NCBI GenBank assembly: GCA_034669905.1
Contig: JAXMOL010000006.1
Span: 96,001-160,000, forward strand
Direction: 5' to 3'
Source of the DNA: Candidatus Hydrogenedentota bacterium
GTDB taxonomy: Bacteria; Hydrogenedentota; Hydrogenedentia; Hydrogenedentales; JAEUWI01
Length of the DNA: 64,000 bases
The notes below the pieces were generated by a model that was given only the letters and a program-made list of their open reading frames with translations, searched no databases and was not told where the DNA came from. Positions 38,477 through 49,242 of this stretch are shown here, piece by piece. A program made the position numbers and the translations under genes. Every line of letters begins with the position of its first letter. Position 1 is the stretch's first letter.

Positions 38477-39634
38477 ATGCGCTTAACGATCCTATATGGC
38501 TGCCTGATAGTACTCAGCTTCACCCTTACCCCGTCGGTTTTCGCCGAGGCCCCGCCCCTGGAGGTGCTCCGCTCTGGCCCGGTGAATGACACGGTTGTGG
38601 ACGCCGTCACCCCCGGTGGATTGGTCCAGACGACGTCCGGCGACCTGCTCACCACCTTTACCGACAAGGGGGACTCGGCGGCGGGCTCGAAGTGCTACGT
38701 CGTCCGCTCCACGGATGAAGGCAAGACCTGGTCCGCGCCCTATCTCATCGTGGAGCCGAAGAACCCGAAAGAAGGCCTCTTCACCGAACTGGTTCAATTG
38801 CCCGATGGGGCCATCCTCATGCTGCTTCTCCGTATCGCCCACGTGGACACCAGCCGGGAGAGCGTCTTCAACTACCGGGAATCCACCATCGAGCTGAAGC
38901 GGAGCGACGACAACGGCCAGACCTTCAACTCCGTCGGCTTCCTGCCCACGGCACCCCGGGCACTGACCTCTACCACGGGGGACCTCTACACCCTCCCCAA
39001 CGGTGACCTCATCATCCCCGCCTACTGCTATTCTGGCAAGGCCGACGACGAGCCGGGCTATGCCTATGGCGCTGGCTTCTTTCGGAGCAGGGACGGCGGA
39101 AAAGAATGGGGAAGGCTGGAAGTGGTCTTTCAGGATCCCCCCGCCGAAGACGAGACCCGCCAGGGTTTCAACGAGGAAGCCTTCGCCGTGCGGAAAGACG
39201 GCACCATCATCGCCTATGCCCGGGTGGATGTGCACCGAGGAGCCGACTTCAAGCTGAACAATATGTGGCGGTGTCAGTCCACCGACAATGGAGCCACCTG
39301 GAGCACGCCGGAAGAGACGGACATGGTGGGCATTTACCCGACCATCCTGACCCTGCCCTCCGGGGAATTCGTCATGGCCTGCGGCATCCGCGATTCCCCC
39401 GTCATGCGCCGCACCACCTCGGTGTTTACCAGCACCGACGGCCTGGAATGGTCCTATCGCGGCCATCCCTACTATTCACGGACCAAGGGCATCCCCGCCA
39501 ACTCGGCCACCGGCGGCTCGCAGGATATGATTTCGCTGGGTGACGGCAAGGTCTACATCGTCTTCTACGCCCACGACCCCGTCTTGCCAGGGCGGGACAA
39601 GACCTACGTGGATGGGTGTCTGTTGGGGCTGTAG
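38477..39634 (+). CDS. Secreted BNR/Asp-box (sialidase-like) protein
   Basis: Signal peptide; STDEGKTW, SDDNGQTF, SRDGGKEW, STDNGATW. Confidence 0.85.
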   Translation: MRLTILYGCLIVLSFTLTPSVFAEAPPLEVLRSGPVNDTVVDAVTPGGLVQTTSGDLLTTFTDKGDSAAGSKCYVVRSTDEGKTWSAPYLIVEPKNPKEGLFTELVQLPDGAILMLLLRIAHVDTSRESVFNYRESTIELKRSDDNGQTFNSVGFLPTAPRALTSTTGDLYTLPNGDLIIPAYCYSGKADDEPGYAYGAGFFRSRDGGKEWGRLEVVFQDPPAEDETRQGFNEEAFAVRKDGTIIAYARVDVHRGADFKLNNMWRCQSTDNGATWSTPEETDMVGIYPTILTLPSGEFVMACGIRDSPVMRRTTSVFTSTDGLEWSYRGHPYYSRTKGIPANSATGGSQDMISLGDGKVYIVFYAHDPVLPGRDKTYVDGCLLGL

Positions 39635-39754
39635 GCTGGAAGTCGTGGCGTCCACCGTATTTCGTGGGCGGTTTGCGTTCATTGATTCCACACCCTCCTT
39701 CCGATAGACTCCAAACGAAGGCCATCGCTGAATCACCTACGGGAGCGCAACGCC

Positions 39755-40381
39755 ATGAAACGTCTGCTTGCCAAGCTGATATCGTTCTTTTCGGCCGGAG
39801 GCCACGTGGTAGCGGCAAAGCCCCCGGATCAGGCACCCGTTCCCGACATGGCGTTGCCGGAGATCGATGGGGTCCTGACCATCGAGCAGTTCTGGGAGAT
39901 TATCGGAATAGTCCACGGGGCGTCGGGCGACGATTTTGACGTAAAAGAGGCCGCACTGCGGAAGGCCCTGGAGTCCCTCTCTGCGGAGCATGTGGTCGCC
40001 TTCGCGACGTATTTCGATACGTGTGAGGCGCAGGCCTATCGCTGGGACCTCTGGGCAGCGGCCTACATTGTCCGCGGTGGTTGCTCTGACGATTCCTTTC
40101 AGGATTTTCGGGCTTCGCTCATTTGTCAGGGACGTGACCGATTCGAAAGGGTGTTGAAGAATCCTGAGTGTCTGGCAGACGCCGAATTTGATGGCGTTGC
40201 GGAAAAACTCGATTACGAGGGCTTTCAATACGTGCCGTCGGCGGTCTATGAAGAGAAGACGGGGGAGAACTTGCCGCCCAGCCCCGTTTCACAGCCCGCC
40301 GATCCGACGGGGGAGGAATGGGAAGAGGATGAACTGGCCGAGAAGTTTCCAAAACTCTGGGCGAAGTTTGGCGGGTCCTGA
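39755..40381 (+). CDS. DUF4240 domain protein
   Basis: FWEII, LWAAAYIVRGGCSDDSFQDFR, FPKLW. Confidence 0.88.
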   Translation: MKRLLAKLISFFSAGGHVVAAKPPDQAPVPDMALPEIDGVLTIEQFWEIIGIVHGASGDDFDVKEAALRKALESLSAEHVVAFATYFDTCEAQAYRWDLWAAAYIVRGGCSDDSFQDFRASLICQGRDRFERVLKNPECLADAEFDGVAEKLDYEGFQYVPSAVYEEKTGENLPPSPVSQPADPTGEEWEEDELAEKFPKLWAKFGGS

Positions 40382-40432
40382 CCTGTGCGTTTATCTCCAT
40401 TCAACGAATTGCCGCCATCAAAGAAAGTGACC

Positions 40433-41692
40433 ATGCGAATCTATCCCCCTGTCCACCTCAGAACAATCCTGTTATCGGTCGCCGTGTTCATCTGCCTGGC
40501 ACCTACGCCCGCGGAAGGAGCCGAGAACAAACCAGATCCCGTCTCCGAGACGCCCCATTGGAGCATCCTACCAGAGCACGGCCAGGCCAAGCCCCGCGTG
40601 ACCTATGTTCCGGGGCTCAAAATAATTCGGGGCACCACCCAGGTAATTGCGCCCGAACACCGAAGCTTTTGTCCAGCGGGGAGTGTGTTCACCTTTAACA
40701 ACGGCGACATCCAAGTTCACGACCAACGTTCGACCGACAGCGGCAAGACGTGGGAGCCCGCGGGGCACATCCTGGAGAATTCGACGTACCAGTACCCGAC
40801 GCCCGACAACGAAGTCATCATGTTTCAGTCGTCCTTCTCCAGTGAAGATGCCACGGGCGAAGGGCGCCCGGAAGTATCGTTGGTGAAGACCGAGGAGGAC
40901 GGGATCTTTGAGGCAAAATTCTTTCGCTCCAAAGACAATGGCAAGACCCGCGAGAGCGACCCGGCCCGTGTTTATCTCCCAGAAGGCATTCGGGATTGGC
41001 GTGGCGTCCTCTGTCGTAAAATCGTTGGCCTGCCAGACGGTTCTCTGCTCGTGAGCATGTATACCCGAAACGAGAAAGGCCCCGTGCACGAAAAGAAATT
41101 TCGCAGCCTGGTGCTGCGTTCCACCGACCGGGGCAAGACGTGGCACTATTTGTCCACCATCGCCGTTGACCATTCCGAAGAGGCACGGGGCGAGGGTTTC
41201 GACGAAACGTCCCTGCTCGTCCTACCCGACGGACGGGTCCAGGCCTACATGCGCTCGGGAGCGAGTTATCAGGGTTCCATGGGCAGCCACAACTACGGCG
41301 ATGAGACGGTGGACATGCCCTTTGGCTACGCGAAGCAAACCCCCGTCTATCTGGCTACATCCCTCGACGGTGGCGTGACCTGGGGGACGCCCGATCCCAT
41401 TACCCCCTTCGGTACCTGGCCCGATGCCCAGCGCATGAAAAGTGGCGTCATCGCGGTGACCTACGGCCGCCCCGGAAACTGGCTCATGTTCAGTCAGGAC
41501 GACGGGATGAGCTGGGGTCCCATCATGCCCTTCTTCCAGGACCTCTATCCGCCCGATTGCGGAAACTATATTTCAACCTCAGAAATTGCACCCGGGGTAC
41601 TGCTCGTGGTCTATGCACGCACCAATCCCAACGACCACTGGCAGAGCAGTATCGTGGGCACGTATTTTCACGTGGTGCCGGATGGGGAATGA
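40433..41692 (+). CDS. Secreted BNR/Asp-box (sialidase-like) protein
   Basis: STDSGKTW, SKDNGKT, STDRGKTW, SLDGGVTW, SQDDGMSW. Confidence 0.83.
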   Translation: MRIYPPVHLRTILLSVAVFICLAPTPAEGAENKPDPVSETPHWSILPEHGQAKPRVTYVPGLKIIRGTTQVIAPEHRSFCPAGSVFTFNNGDIQVHDQRSTDSGKTWEPAGHILENSTYQYPTPDNEVIMFQSSFSSEDATGEGRPEVSLVKTEEDGIFEAKFFRSKDNGKTRESDPARVYLPEGIRDWRGVLCRKIVGLPDGSLLVSMYTRNEKGPVHEKKFRSLVLRSTDRGKTWHYLSTIAVDHSEEARGEGFDETSLLVLPDGRVQAYMRSGASYQGSMGSHNYGDETVDMPFGYAKQTPVYLATSLDGGVTWGTPDPITPFGTWPDAQRMKSGVIAVTYGRPGNWLMFSQDDGMSWGPIMPFFQDLYPPDCGNYISTSEIAPGVLLVVYARTNPNDHWQSSIVGTYFHVVPDGE

Positions 41693-41876
41693 AGGGTGTT
41701 CTCAGGTTCCTGTGCATGGGGGCAGCGATGGACCGACCCCATTTCATCCGGGTTCGCGATGTCATAAAGCGACCCTTCTCGTTCGCAGCCAACCGCTTTT
41801 TAATCAAGAATGGCTCGTGACTACGGTCCTCCGTAGTCATGCATACCATGCCGCTATTGCGGCGACACGCCTTGGG

Positions 41877-42338
41877 CGAGGCCCGTATGTCGCGGATACG
41901 TTCGAGGAGCTCGTCGAAATAGTCCGCCCCGAGGTTCCGCCCTTCCTTGAGGCGCTCATCGTCCATGGCGAAACCCTTGACCAGATAGTCCCGTAATCGT
42001 TCCGTCGCCCAGCGGCGGAACTGAGTGCCCCGGTGGGACCGGGCCCGATAGCCCACCGCGATGATGACCTCAAGATTATAGTGCTTCAAGGAGCGGCGAA
42101 CCTTTCGCTCACCCTCCTGTTGAACTTGTAAGTAATGCTTACAAGTTGCCTGCTCCTCGGCCTCCGCCTCTTCGTAAATCGTTTTGATGTGGAGGGTTAT
42201 GTTCTGAGGCGTCGCCTGGAACAGCTCCGCCATTTGCGCCTGGGTCAACCAGACCGTCTCGTCCTCCAGCCGCACGTCAATACGCGTACGGCCCCCTTCG
42301 GGCTGGTAGATCAGGATTTGGGATTCTGGTTCGGGCAT
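41877..42338 (-). pseudogene. 3'-truncated virulence RhuM family protein
   Basis: ETVWLTQAQMAELFQ, IIAVGYR, GTQFRRWAT, GFAMDDERLK, LLERIRDIRAS; similarity then stops and the frame runs into the opposite gene. Confidence 0.82.
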
Positions 42339-42657
42339 GGCTATCTTTCTCACATGCTTGTTCGGCCATCAAGGTAATTGACCGCGCTAAGGTGTCTAAA
42401 ATAGCATAGCCTGTTTCCTGCATTCTCGTTGACTGAATGGGCGCGACACTGGCACGAGATTCCATCCTATCAAATCGTCAGCTTCTTGATGTGATGGTAA
42501 GCGTTGGTTTTTGTCGACCAATTCAAATACCTATCAAATACGGAAGCGGTTGACGCGATGCGTCTTAGATATTGACATGGGCTTTGTAGCGAGTTCCCAT
42601 CAAACAAAATTGCCCTTTAACCAACACCAATGGAGACGTTCCGATCCGGAAACTGTC

Positions 42658-42945
42658 ATGAGCGAAATATTTCAAAGCATTAAAAAAGGCCTCGAGGAAG
42701 TTGTCGCCTATTCCGAAGGGCGTTGCTCCGAGGCGGTGGTTCACGAGGTGACGCCCCTGGATGTGAAAGCCATTCGGGCGCGGGTGCGCATGAGCCAATC
42801 CGAGTTCGCCTCGGCCTTTGGCATCAGTGTGAGTACCTTGCGTCATTGGGAGCGCGGCGACCGGAAGCCGCAAGGGCCTGCGCTGGTGTTGTTGAATATC
42901 GTGGCGCGGGAGCCGGAGATGGTATTGCGGGTGTTGGCGGGGTAA
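42658..42945 (+). CDS. XRE-family HTH protein (HigA-like antitoxin), orphan
   Basis: FQSIKKGLEE, DVKAIR, MSQSEFA, TLRHWERGDRKPQGPA. Confidence 0.88.
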   Translation: MSEIFQSIKKGLEEVVAYSEGRCSEAVVHEVTPLDVKAIRARVRMSQSEFASAFGISVSTLRHWERGDRKPQGPALVLLNIVAREPEMVLRVLAG

Positions 42946-43010
42946 GGGAGCGCGTAGCCTGTCTCGCGTGTTGGAGGCATGAGGTGGAGCAGTATGAGAT
43001 TGGAAATGTA

Positions 43011-43078
43011 TTAACCACAGAGAACGCAGAGATCACAAAGAAGCCTATCTCTGTGCTCTTTGCGTTCTCTGTGGTTAA
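43011..43078. repeat. Inverted element with 9-bp-periodic arms
   Basis: TTAACCACAGAGAACGCAGAGATCACAAAG ... CTCTGTGCTCTTTGCGTTCTCTGTGGTTAA. Confidence 0.85.
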
Positions 43079-43093
43079 AGAAAATGCCCAGTT

Positions 43094-43132
43094 AAAAACG
43101 CGGGCGATCCACCGTGGTGAATCGCCCGCGTT
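43094..43132 (-). terminator. Rho-independent terminator of ilvD (possibly bidirectional)
   Basis: AACGCGGGCGAT/ATCGCCCGCGTT stem with a plus-strand A tract on the left. Confidence 0.75.
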
Positions 43133-43156
43133 GTTGTTCTTAAACTTGCTGGAACC

Positions 43157-44869
43157 CTACAGGTCCAGATACTTATCCGTTACCGCGCCTTCAGAAGCCG
43201 AGGCCACGAGCTTGGCATACTTCGCGAGCACGCCGTTTTTATAGCGGGCTTCGGGGGCTTTCCAGGCGGCGCGGCGTTTGGCGATTTCCCCCTCGTCGAT
43301 GCCGAGGTTGATGGTGTGGGCGACGGCGTCGATGGTGATGGGGTCGCCGTCTTCGACGAGGGCGATGAGTCCCCCTTCCTGGGCTTCGGGGGTGATGTGA
43401 CCCACCACGAATCCGTGGCTACCGCCGGAGAAGCGGCCGTCGGTGATGAGGGCGACGTCGCTGCCGAGTCCTTTACCCATGACCGCTGCCGTGGGGGCGA
43501 GCATCTCGCGCATGCCGGGTCCGCCTTTGGGGCCTTCATAGCGGATAACGATGACGTGGCCCTTCTGGATGGTGCCGTCGAGGATGCACTTGAGGGCGGC
43601 CTCTTCGGAGTCGTAGCAGCGGGCTTCGCCGGTGAAGCTCGTGCCTTCGTTACCGGAAATCTTGGCGACCGCGCCGGTCTCGGCCAGGTTGCCATAGAGG
43701 ACGACGAGGTGGCCTTCCGGCTTCTTGGGATTGTCGAAGGAGCGGACCACGTCCTGGCCTTCGGGGTAGGTGCCTACGCCGGCGAGGTTTTCGGCGAGGG
43801 TCTTGCCCGTAACCGTGAGGCAGTCGCCGTGGAGGAGGCCCTTGTCGAGGAGCATCTTCATGAGGGGGGGCAGGCCGCCGATTTTCACGAGCTCGTTCAT
43901 GACGTACTTGCCGCTGGGCTTGAGGTCCGCCAGGACGGGGACGTTCTGGCCGATGCGGGTGAAGTCGTCGATGTGGAGGTCCACTTCCGCCGTGTGGGCC
44001 ATGGCGAGGAGGTGAAGCACGGCATTCGTGGAACCGCCAAGCGCCGTAACCACGGTAATGGCGTTTTCAAAGGCCTTCTTCGTGAGGATGTCGCGGGGGC
44101 GGATGTTGTTCTTGATGCAGTGCATGACCGCCGCACCGGCTTCCTGGCAATCTTGGGCCTTGTCTTTGGAGATGGCGGCCTGGGCGGAGCTGTTGGGCAG
44201 GCTGAGGCCCAGGGCTTCGATGGCGGAGGCCATGGTGTTGGCCGTGTACATGCCGCCACAGGAACCGGCACCGGGGATAGCGCAGGATTCAATGGCCTTG
44301 AGTCCCGCGTCGTCGAGACGGCCATTGGCGTGTTCGCCCACGGCTTCAAAGACGGAGACGATATCGACGGGCTTGCCATTGTGATCGCCCGGCATGATGG
44401 TGCCGCCATAAACGAAGACGGAGGGGCGATTGAGGCGGGCCATGGCCATGACGCAGCCGGGCATGTTTTTGTCGCAACCGCCGATGGCGACAAAACCGTC
44501 GAGGTTTTCACAGGCGATAACCGTCTCGATGGAATCGGCAATGACTTCGCGGGAGACGAGGGAGTATTTCATGCCCTCCGTACCCATGGAGATACCGTCC
44601 GAGATGGTGATGGTGTTGAAGATGATGCCCTTGCCGCCGGCTTTGTTCACACCCAGCTCGGCTTCCCGTGCCAGCACGTCGATGTGCATGTTGCAAGGGG
44701 TGACCATGCTCCACGTGGAAGCCACGCCGATCATGTTCTTCTTGAAATCCTCATCGCCAAAGCCCACGGCCCGCAGCATGGAGCGGCTCGGAGCCCGTTC
44801 GGGGGATTCAGAAATCTGTTTCGAAAATTGACGATCCGCGTCGGGCGTGTTGCCGCCTGTGGGGGCCAT
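43157..44869 (-). CDS. ilvD: Dihydroxy-acid dehydratase
   Basis: [57 protein letters not shown]. Confidence 0.97.
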   Translation of the reverse strand: MAPTGGNTPDADRQFSKQISESPERAPSRSMLRAVGFGDEDFKKNMIGVASTWSMVTPCNMHIDVLAREAELGVNKAGGKGIIFNTITISDGISMGTEGMKYSLVSREVIADSIETVIACENLDGFVAIGGCDKNMPGCVMAMARLNRPSVFVYGGTIMPGDHNGKPVDIVSVFEAVGEHANGRLDDAGLKAIESCAIPGAGSCGGMYTANTMASAIEALGLSLPNSSAQAAISKDKAQDCQEAGAAVMHCIKNNIRPRDILTKKAFENAITVVTALGGSTNAVLHLLAMAHTAEVDLHIDDFTRIGQNVPVLADLKPSGKYVMNELVKIGGLPPLMKMLLDKGLLHGDCLTVTGKTLAENLAGVGTYPEGQDVVRSFDNPKKPEGHLVVLYGNLAETGAVAKISGNEGTSFTGEARCYDSEEAALKCILDGTIQKGHVIVIRYEGPKGGPGMREMLAPTAAVMGKGLGSDVALITDGRFSGGSHGFVVGHITPEAQEGGLIALVEDGDPITIDAVAHTINLGIDEGEIAKRRAAWKAPEARYKNGVLAKYAKLVASASEGAVTDKYLDL

Positions 44870-44968
44870 GGGTACTCTCCTTTATCATTCGTGTCCTGAA
44901 AATAGAATAATCGGCGTGTCTGGGAAGACACGGACTATGCGCATGCGAGGGAAACGGGATTATAGCAG

Positions 44969-45045
44969 TTGACAATTGATAGTTGATAATTGACGGAAAA
45001 GAAATGAATAGTGAATTGAGAATAGTGAATTTGGAATTTTGATTG
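44969..45045. repeat. Degenerate 7-mer tandem tracts upstream of ilvD
   Basis: TTGACAA TTGATAG TTGATAA TTGACGG, then GAATAGT GAATTGA GAATAGT GAATTTG GAATTTT. Confidence 0.75.
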
Positions 45046-45211
45046 GGTGGATCGTGTAGGGAGTTGAGGTGGTCTCCATGGGGCCTGCTCCGGGGGGAGT
45101 AGCCATTGGAGTAAAGCCTACTCCTGTCGAAGCAATTTGGAGGGGGCACAACGCCTTTGCTAAGCTCGCCTTTGTTGCGCAAATGGTCTCGACCAGAAAG
45201 GTGTGTCATCA

Positions 45212-45676
45212 ATGAAACGAATCGACATCTATTTCGTGCTTGCAAGCCTGTGCGTGTCCGCTGTCGCATGTTCAGTACGGCAAGAAATTAAGCGCAATGT
45301 GCCACAGGGATGGAATACGGTTTCCGTTCACAACCTCTTCACGTTTGATGCGCCGCCCAGTATCAACGAGATTCCTGTTCAAGGTATCGATTCGTTGGTC
45401 GGGAAATACGAAATTGACGGCATCGAGCTGTGGTACGACTATGGACAGTATTCTTCCACGTTGGAGGAGTATTCTGATCACCCGGGCTACATGCGACAGA
45501 AGGTCACAGTTGATGGTCGGAAAGCCGACTTGGTGCAGACGAATGACGGACACATGAGAATCGCGTTTTCGGGAGTGTCCGGCGGTTCGACACTGACCCT
45601 GTCGGCGTCATATTCCATGCCGAGTTCGGGTGACACAGTGCGGAAGATACTTGAGAGTGTCCAGTTTGCAAAGTAG
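45212..45676 (+). CDS. Hypothetical lipoprotein
   Basis: MKRIDIYFVLASLCVSAVAC lipobox-like signal. Confidence 0.65.
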   Translation: MKRIDIYFVLASLCVSAVACSVRQEIKRNVPQGWNTVSVHNLFTFDAPPSINEIPVQGIDSLVGKYEIDGIELWYDYGQYSSTLEEYSDHPGYMRQKVTVDGRKADLVQTNDGHMRIAFSGVSGGSTLTLSASYSMPSSGDTVRKILESVQFAK

Positions 45677-45736
45677 TCTCGGCTGGTACCATCGCGGCTA
45701 CGACCGAATACAACTACACCCAGGAGAACCGGCAAC

Positions 45737-46096
45737 GTGTCCGAGGCAACGAGGCAAACAATCCACGCCTATTGGCGAGGATGGCAGACGAAAGATTTCA
45801 CCGCCATGCGGGCGGCCCTGGCCGATGAGGTGGTGGCCGATGCAGCGCTTTTTCGTGTCGAAGGGGCGGACCGCTTTGTGGCGATGTGTGCCGACGGTCC
45901 CGCCTGGCGGGAGGTGGTGATGGTGGATGAGCTGTACACGGAAGGCCACGCCGCCATCCTCTATGAAGGCATCAACACGGCCAACGAACAGCGCATGCGG
46001 GTGGCGGAACTCATCCGGTTGGAAGACGGTAAGATTACCGAGATTCAATCGTGTCTGAGCCCGTTGACCATGTTGGCGGGGGCCGTGAAGAAATAA
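45737..46096 (+). CDS. SnoaL/NTF2-like protein
   Basis: AGGAG SD; YWRGWQTKDF...LADEV...EDGKITEI. Confidence 0.8.
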   Translation: MSEATRQTIHAYWRGWQTKDFTAMRAALADEVVADAALFRVEGADRFVAMCADGPAWREVVMVDELYTEGHAAILYEGINTANEQRMRVAELIRLEDGKITEIQSCLSPLTMLAGAVKK

Positions 46097-46105
46097 GAAG
46101 ACATT

Positions 46106-46261
46106 TTGACCACGGATGTAACGGATATCACGGATGAAGAAAGATAGAATACAAATAGGATGGACCCAATTAGAATCTCGTTGCTTCGGAATGTTCGAGG
46201 GGCTACTGTCGGAAGGCTTCCGTCCCTAGGCATCCGTGTTATCCGGTTTATCCGTGGTCAA
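46106..46261. repeat. Inverted element with 9-bp-periodic (ACGGAT) arms
   Basis: TTGACCACGGATGTAACGGATATCACGGATG ... CATCCGTGTTATCCGGTTTATCCGTGGTCAA. Confidence 0.85.
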
Positions 46262-46336
46262 TTATTTGGTTGCAGCCTTCGGCTGCTTCGTGTTCTATGC
46301 GTTCTTTTTGGTTAGAAAACGTTTCCACGTTTTCAC

Positions 46337-46567
46337 CCTTGCGAGGCCTGAAAAGGTAGTCTGTGTTCTGCGCCTGAAGCCAATAATGATTCTGGTGCTT
46401 GAGCGTCAAGGCACCCGAACCCGACCGGCGGTCGGTTGGGATCGGGTGGCACCATCGCGCTGACGATGTTGGCGTGCGCGTCCACAAAAAGTACATCGAC
46501 CACGGGCCGATTTCAATGGGATCGCGTGGTAACACCCGGGCCATATCCTTTTGGTGGCCTAAGCAGG
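46337..46567. ncRNA. Candidate structured RNA of unknown class (possibly 6S-like)
   Basis: Nested complementary segments found by eye in an intergenic gap; see findings. Confidence 0.25.
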
Positions 46568-46655
46568 TATTATCATCAGGGGTCAGGGACTACGTTTTGT
46601 GTGGGGCGTGCCTGCGGCGCGCTACGAAGGAAAAACACGACAAGGAATCTTGGGT

Positions 46656-47465
46656 ATGAGCATTGGGAGAATTGGCTGTGTGGTGGCCCTCGCAATGGGC
46701 GTGTTAGTGGGCTCTTTCGTCGCGGCAGCCGAGGTTACCGAATCCACTCAGTTTGGGGCGCAACGGCTGGACTTCATGGTGGGCGAGACACCGGGTTTTG
46801 TTATCGTGCCGCCGACGTTGAAGGGCGAGGGAAATCACCCCTGGCTCTGGTACGCGCCTACTTTCATTGGACACCTGCCCGACCCGAGTCATAGCTTCTG
46901 CTTTAAGCCCTTGCTCGAAGCGGGTTTTTTCATCGTGGGCGTGGAAGTGGGGGAGTCCTACGGCAGCCCCAAGGGTACAGCCCAATACCAGGCCTTCTAT
47001 GAACACATCGTGGCGACCTACGGCTTGTCGCCGAAGGCGGCCCTCCTGCCCCAGAGCCGGGGCGGACTCATGCTCTACATCTGGGCCGCGGAACATCCCG
47101 ATTCGGTGGCGTGTGTGGCAGGGATTTATACGGTGTGTAATCTCGATAGTTACCCTGGCCTGGAGAAAGCCGCACCCGCCTATGAACTGACCACCGAGCA
47201 GCTCGCGGCAGATTTGGCGAAGTACAATCCCATCGACCGCGTAGCGCCCCTGGTGGCGGCCAAGGTGCCCATCTTCCACATTCATGGCGATTCGGATGCC
47301 GTGGTGCCCATCGAAGAAAATGCAGGTGAGTTGGTCAAGCGCTACAAGGCCGCAGGGGGCGAAGCGACGATGAAGGTCGTTCCCGGCAAGGGACATGAGG
47401 TCTGCGACGAGTTTTTTAAGGACGGGGACTTTCTGGCGTTCATATTGTCCCATGGACGGGGTTAA
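46656..47465 (+). CDS. Secreted alpha/beta hydrolase (peptidase S9-like)
   Basis: Signal peptide; PWLWYAP, QSRGG, IHGDSDAVVP, GKGH. Confidence 0.82.
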   Translation: MSIGRIGCVVALAMGVLVGSFVAAAEVTESTQFGAQRLDFMVGETPGFVIVPPTLKGEGNHPWLWYAPTFIGHLPDPSHSFCFKPLLEAGFFIVGVEVGESYGSPKGTAQYQAFYEHIVATYGLSPKAALLPQSRGGLMLYIWAAEHPDSVACVAGIYTVCNLDSYPGLEKAAPAYELTTEQLAADLAKYNPIDRVAPLVAAKVPIFHIHGDSDAVVPIEENAGELVKRYKAAGGEATMKVVPGKGHEVCDEFFKDGDFLAFILSHGRG

Positions 47466-47555
47466 TGCCTTTTCATCGCGCATCGTGCTCTATGGAGCGC
47501 CGGCGGCCCGCCGGCCTTACGTCGAAGACGTAAGCAATTCAGATCGTGCCCGTCC

Positions 47556-48536
47556 CTACGTCGGCACGTGCTCAATCAAGACCAAGGTGTCGTCCACCTT
47601 CACCATCTTCGATGGCTCGGGGTGGCGGGTGAAGGTGCCGTCGGGGTGGCGGATGGCGACGACGAGGTGGGGGTGGTCCCGTTCGTGCTCCACGAAGCCC
47701 ACGTTGTTGTTCACATATTTGGAGTAGGGGGAGACGTGGATTTCGATGAGCTGTACGCCCAGTTGGGTGAGGTCATCGTTCAGCCCGCTCTTGGTCTCCA
47801 GGTTGTCGAGCAGGTGGGCCGTGGTGGGTTGGGCGATCATGCTGGCGATGCGCAACCCCCCAATGGCCGCGGGCAAGACCACCTGGTCGGCCCCGGCCTG
47901 GCGCAACTTCTTTTCCGTGGAGGGCGCCTCACCCCGGGCCATGATCTGGAGTTTGGGGTTCATGTTTCGGGCGCTCAGGGTGATGAAGACATTCACCGCA
48001 TCATTGGGCAAAACCGTCGCCAGGGTCGCCGCATGTTCCACCCGGGCTTCCGAAAGATAGCGTTCATCGGTGGCGTCCCCCTCGATGACCATGTAATCCC
48101 GGAGGCGCGCCGCCTCAACCCGGTCTTCGTCCTGTTCCAAAATGACAAAGGGATGTTCGCCGAGATGAAGCTCCCGGGCGATGATTTGTCCGATCCGGCC
48201 GAAGCCACAGATGATGGCGTGCCCCGTGAGCTGCCCGATTTCTTTGGCCCGTTTCCGGTCCCCCAGTTTTCTATCGATTTCCCCTTCCATCACCATCTGA
48301 ATAAACCCTCCTGAGACATAAAGTACGGAGCTGCATCCTACGACAATCACGAACATGGTAAAGATTCGGGCGAGGGGGGTGTTCACGGGCCCGATCTCGC
48401 CATAGCCTACGCTGAACAAGGTGATGACCACCATATAGGCCGCATCAACCAGGGTGTCGCCCTGAAACATATAGACTACCGTGGCCAAGCAGAAGGTGAC
48501 CGCGAGGATGGTCAGCCCAACGGTGATGCGTTTCAT
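47556..48536 (-). CDS. Potassium channel with RCK (TrkA-N/C) domains
   Basis: Two TMs with SVGYGE filter, CGFGRIG, GDAT, AGADQVVLP. The start could be GTG at 48560. Confidence 0.9.
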   Translation of the reverse strand: MKRITVGLTILAVTFCLATVVYMFQGDTLVDAAYMVVITLFSVGYGEIGPVNTPLARIFTMFVIVVGCSSVLYVSGGFIQMVMEGEIDRKLGDRKRAKEIGQLTGHAIICGFGRIGQIIARELHLGEHPFVILEQDEDRVEAARLRDYMVIEGDATDERYLSEARVEHAATLATVLPNDAVNVFITLSARNMNPKLQIMARGEAPSTEKKLRQAGADQVVLPAAIGGLRIASMIAQPTTAHLLDNLETKSGLNDDLTQLGVQLIEIHVSPYSKYVNNNVGFVEHERDHPHLVVAIRHPDGTFTRHPEPSKMVKVDDTLVLIEHVPT

Positions 48537-48684
48537 GGGGGTCTGGAGGGTGTCTGGCACAGTCGTTGCTCTGTCGTCGTAGATGTTGACCCACTGATCG
48601 GACGGGTGTCTGAGGCGCGGCCGGGTGGGATGGGTCTTACGGAGCAAGAAACACGCCATGCAATGCAATGTACAAAGGAAGACG

Positions 48685-49242
48685 GTGGACGTGCCCTGGC
48701 AACCCGCGCCGAAGGCGACCCTGAGAATGGTGTTATTGATCGGCCCCCCGGGTGCCGGCAAATCGACGGTGGCCACAGCGCTGGCCCGACAGTGCCCCTA
48801 TCAGAATGTAATATTGGATGGGGACGAATTGGCCCGTACCTTTCCGGGGGGGGCCAATCGCAAGCGGCTGGATCTCGTGGAGCGCAATATCGTCCATTGC
48901 GCGGAAGGCTACCGTCAATGGGGCGCCCAGTATTGTTTTTGCAGCTGGATCGTGGCCCATCAGCATCGCCTGAACCTTTTGGAAAAGCGACTGAGAACGG
49001 GGAACACCCACCTGCGGGTTATCGCCTTGGACGCCCCACTATCGGTTCTGGTAGAGCGAATGATGAAACGAACACCGTCCCGATTCGCACCTACGGAAGA
49101 CAACCTGGACTACTTGAGCGGATTGCGAAAACGGATTCGGAATCTGGCCCATTGTGAGGTCCTGGATACGACAGGCCGACACTTTACCGATGTGGCCAAC
49201 GAAGCGGCCGGGCTTATCAAGGAGCCGGGTTTCTGGGAGTAG
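48685..49242 (+). CDS. Small P-loop kinase (AAA family)
   Basis: LIGPPGAGKST, LDGD, LDAPL, VLDTT. Start uncertain (48685 or 48727). Confidence 0.75.
   Translation: MDVPWQPAPKATLRMVLLIGPPGAGKSTVATALARQCPYQNVILDGDELARTFPGGANRKRLDLVERNIVHCAEGYRQWGAQYCFCSWIVAHQHRLNLLEKRLRTGNTHLRVIALDAPLSVLVERMMKRTPSRFAPTEDNLDYLSGLRKRIRNLAHCEVLDTTGRHFTDVANEAAGLIKEPGFWE

Noticed and set aside
41523..41876. C-terminal part of the 276 aa rhuM ORF as a novel fusion domain
   Set aside because: It is read-through of intergenic DNA that overlaps the opposite-strand BNR gene.
44870..44966. Attenuator or T-box upstream of ilvD
   Set aside because: Only a small hairpin is visible; no leader peptide rich in Ile/Leu/Val and no T-box consensus was seen.
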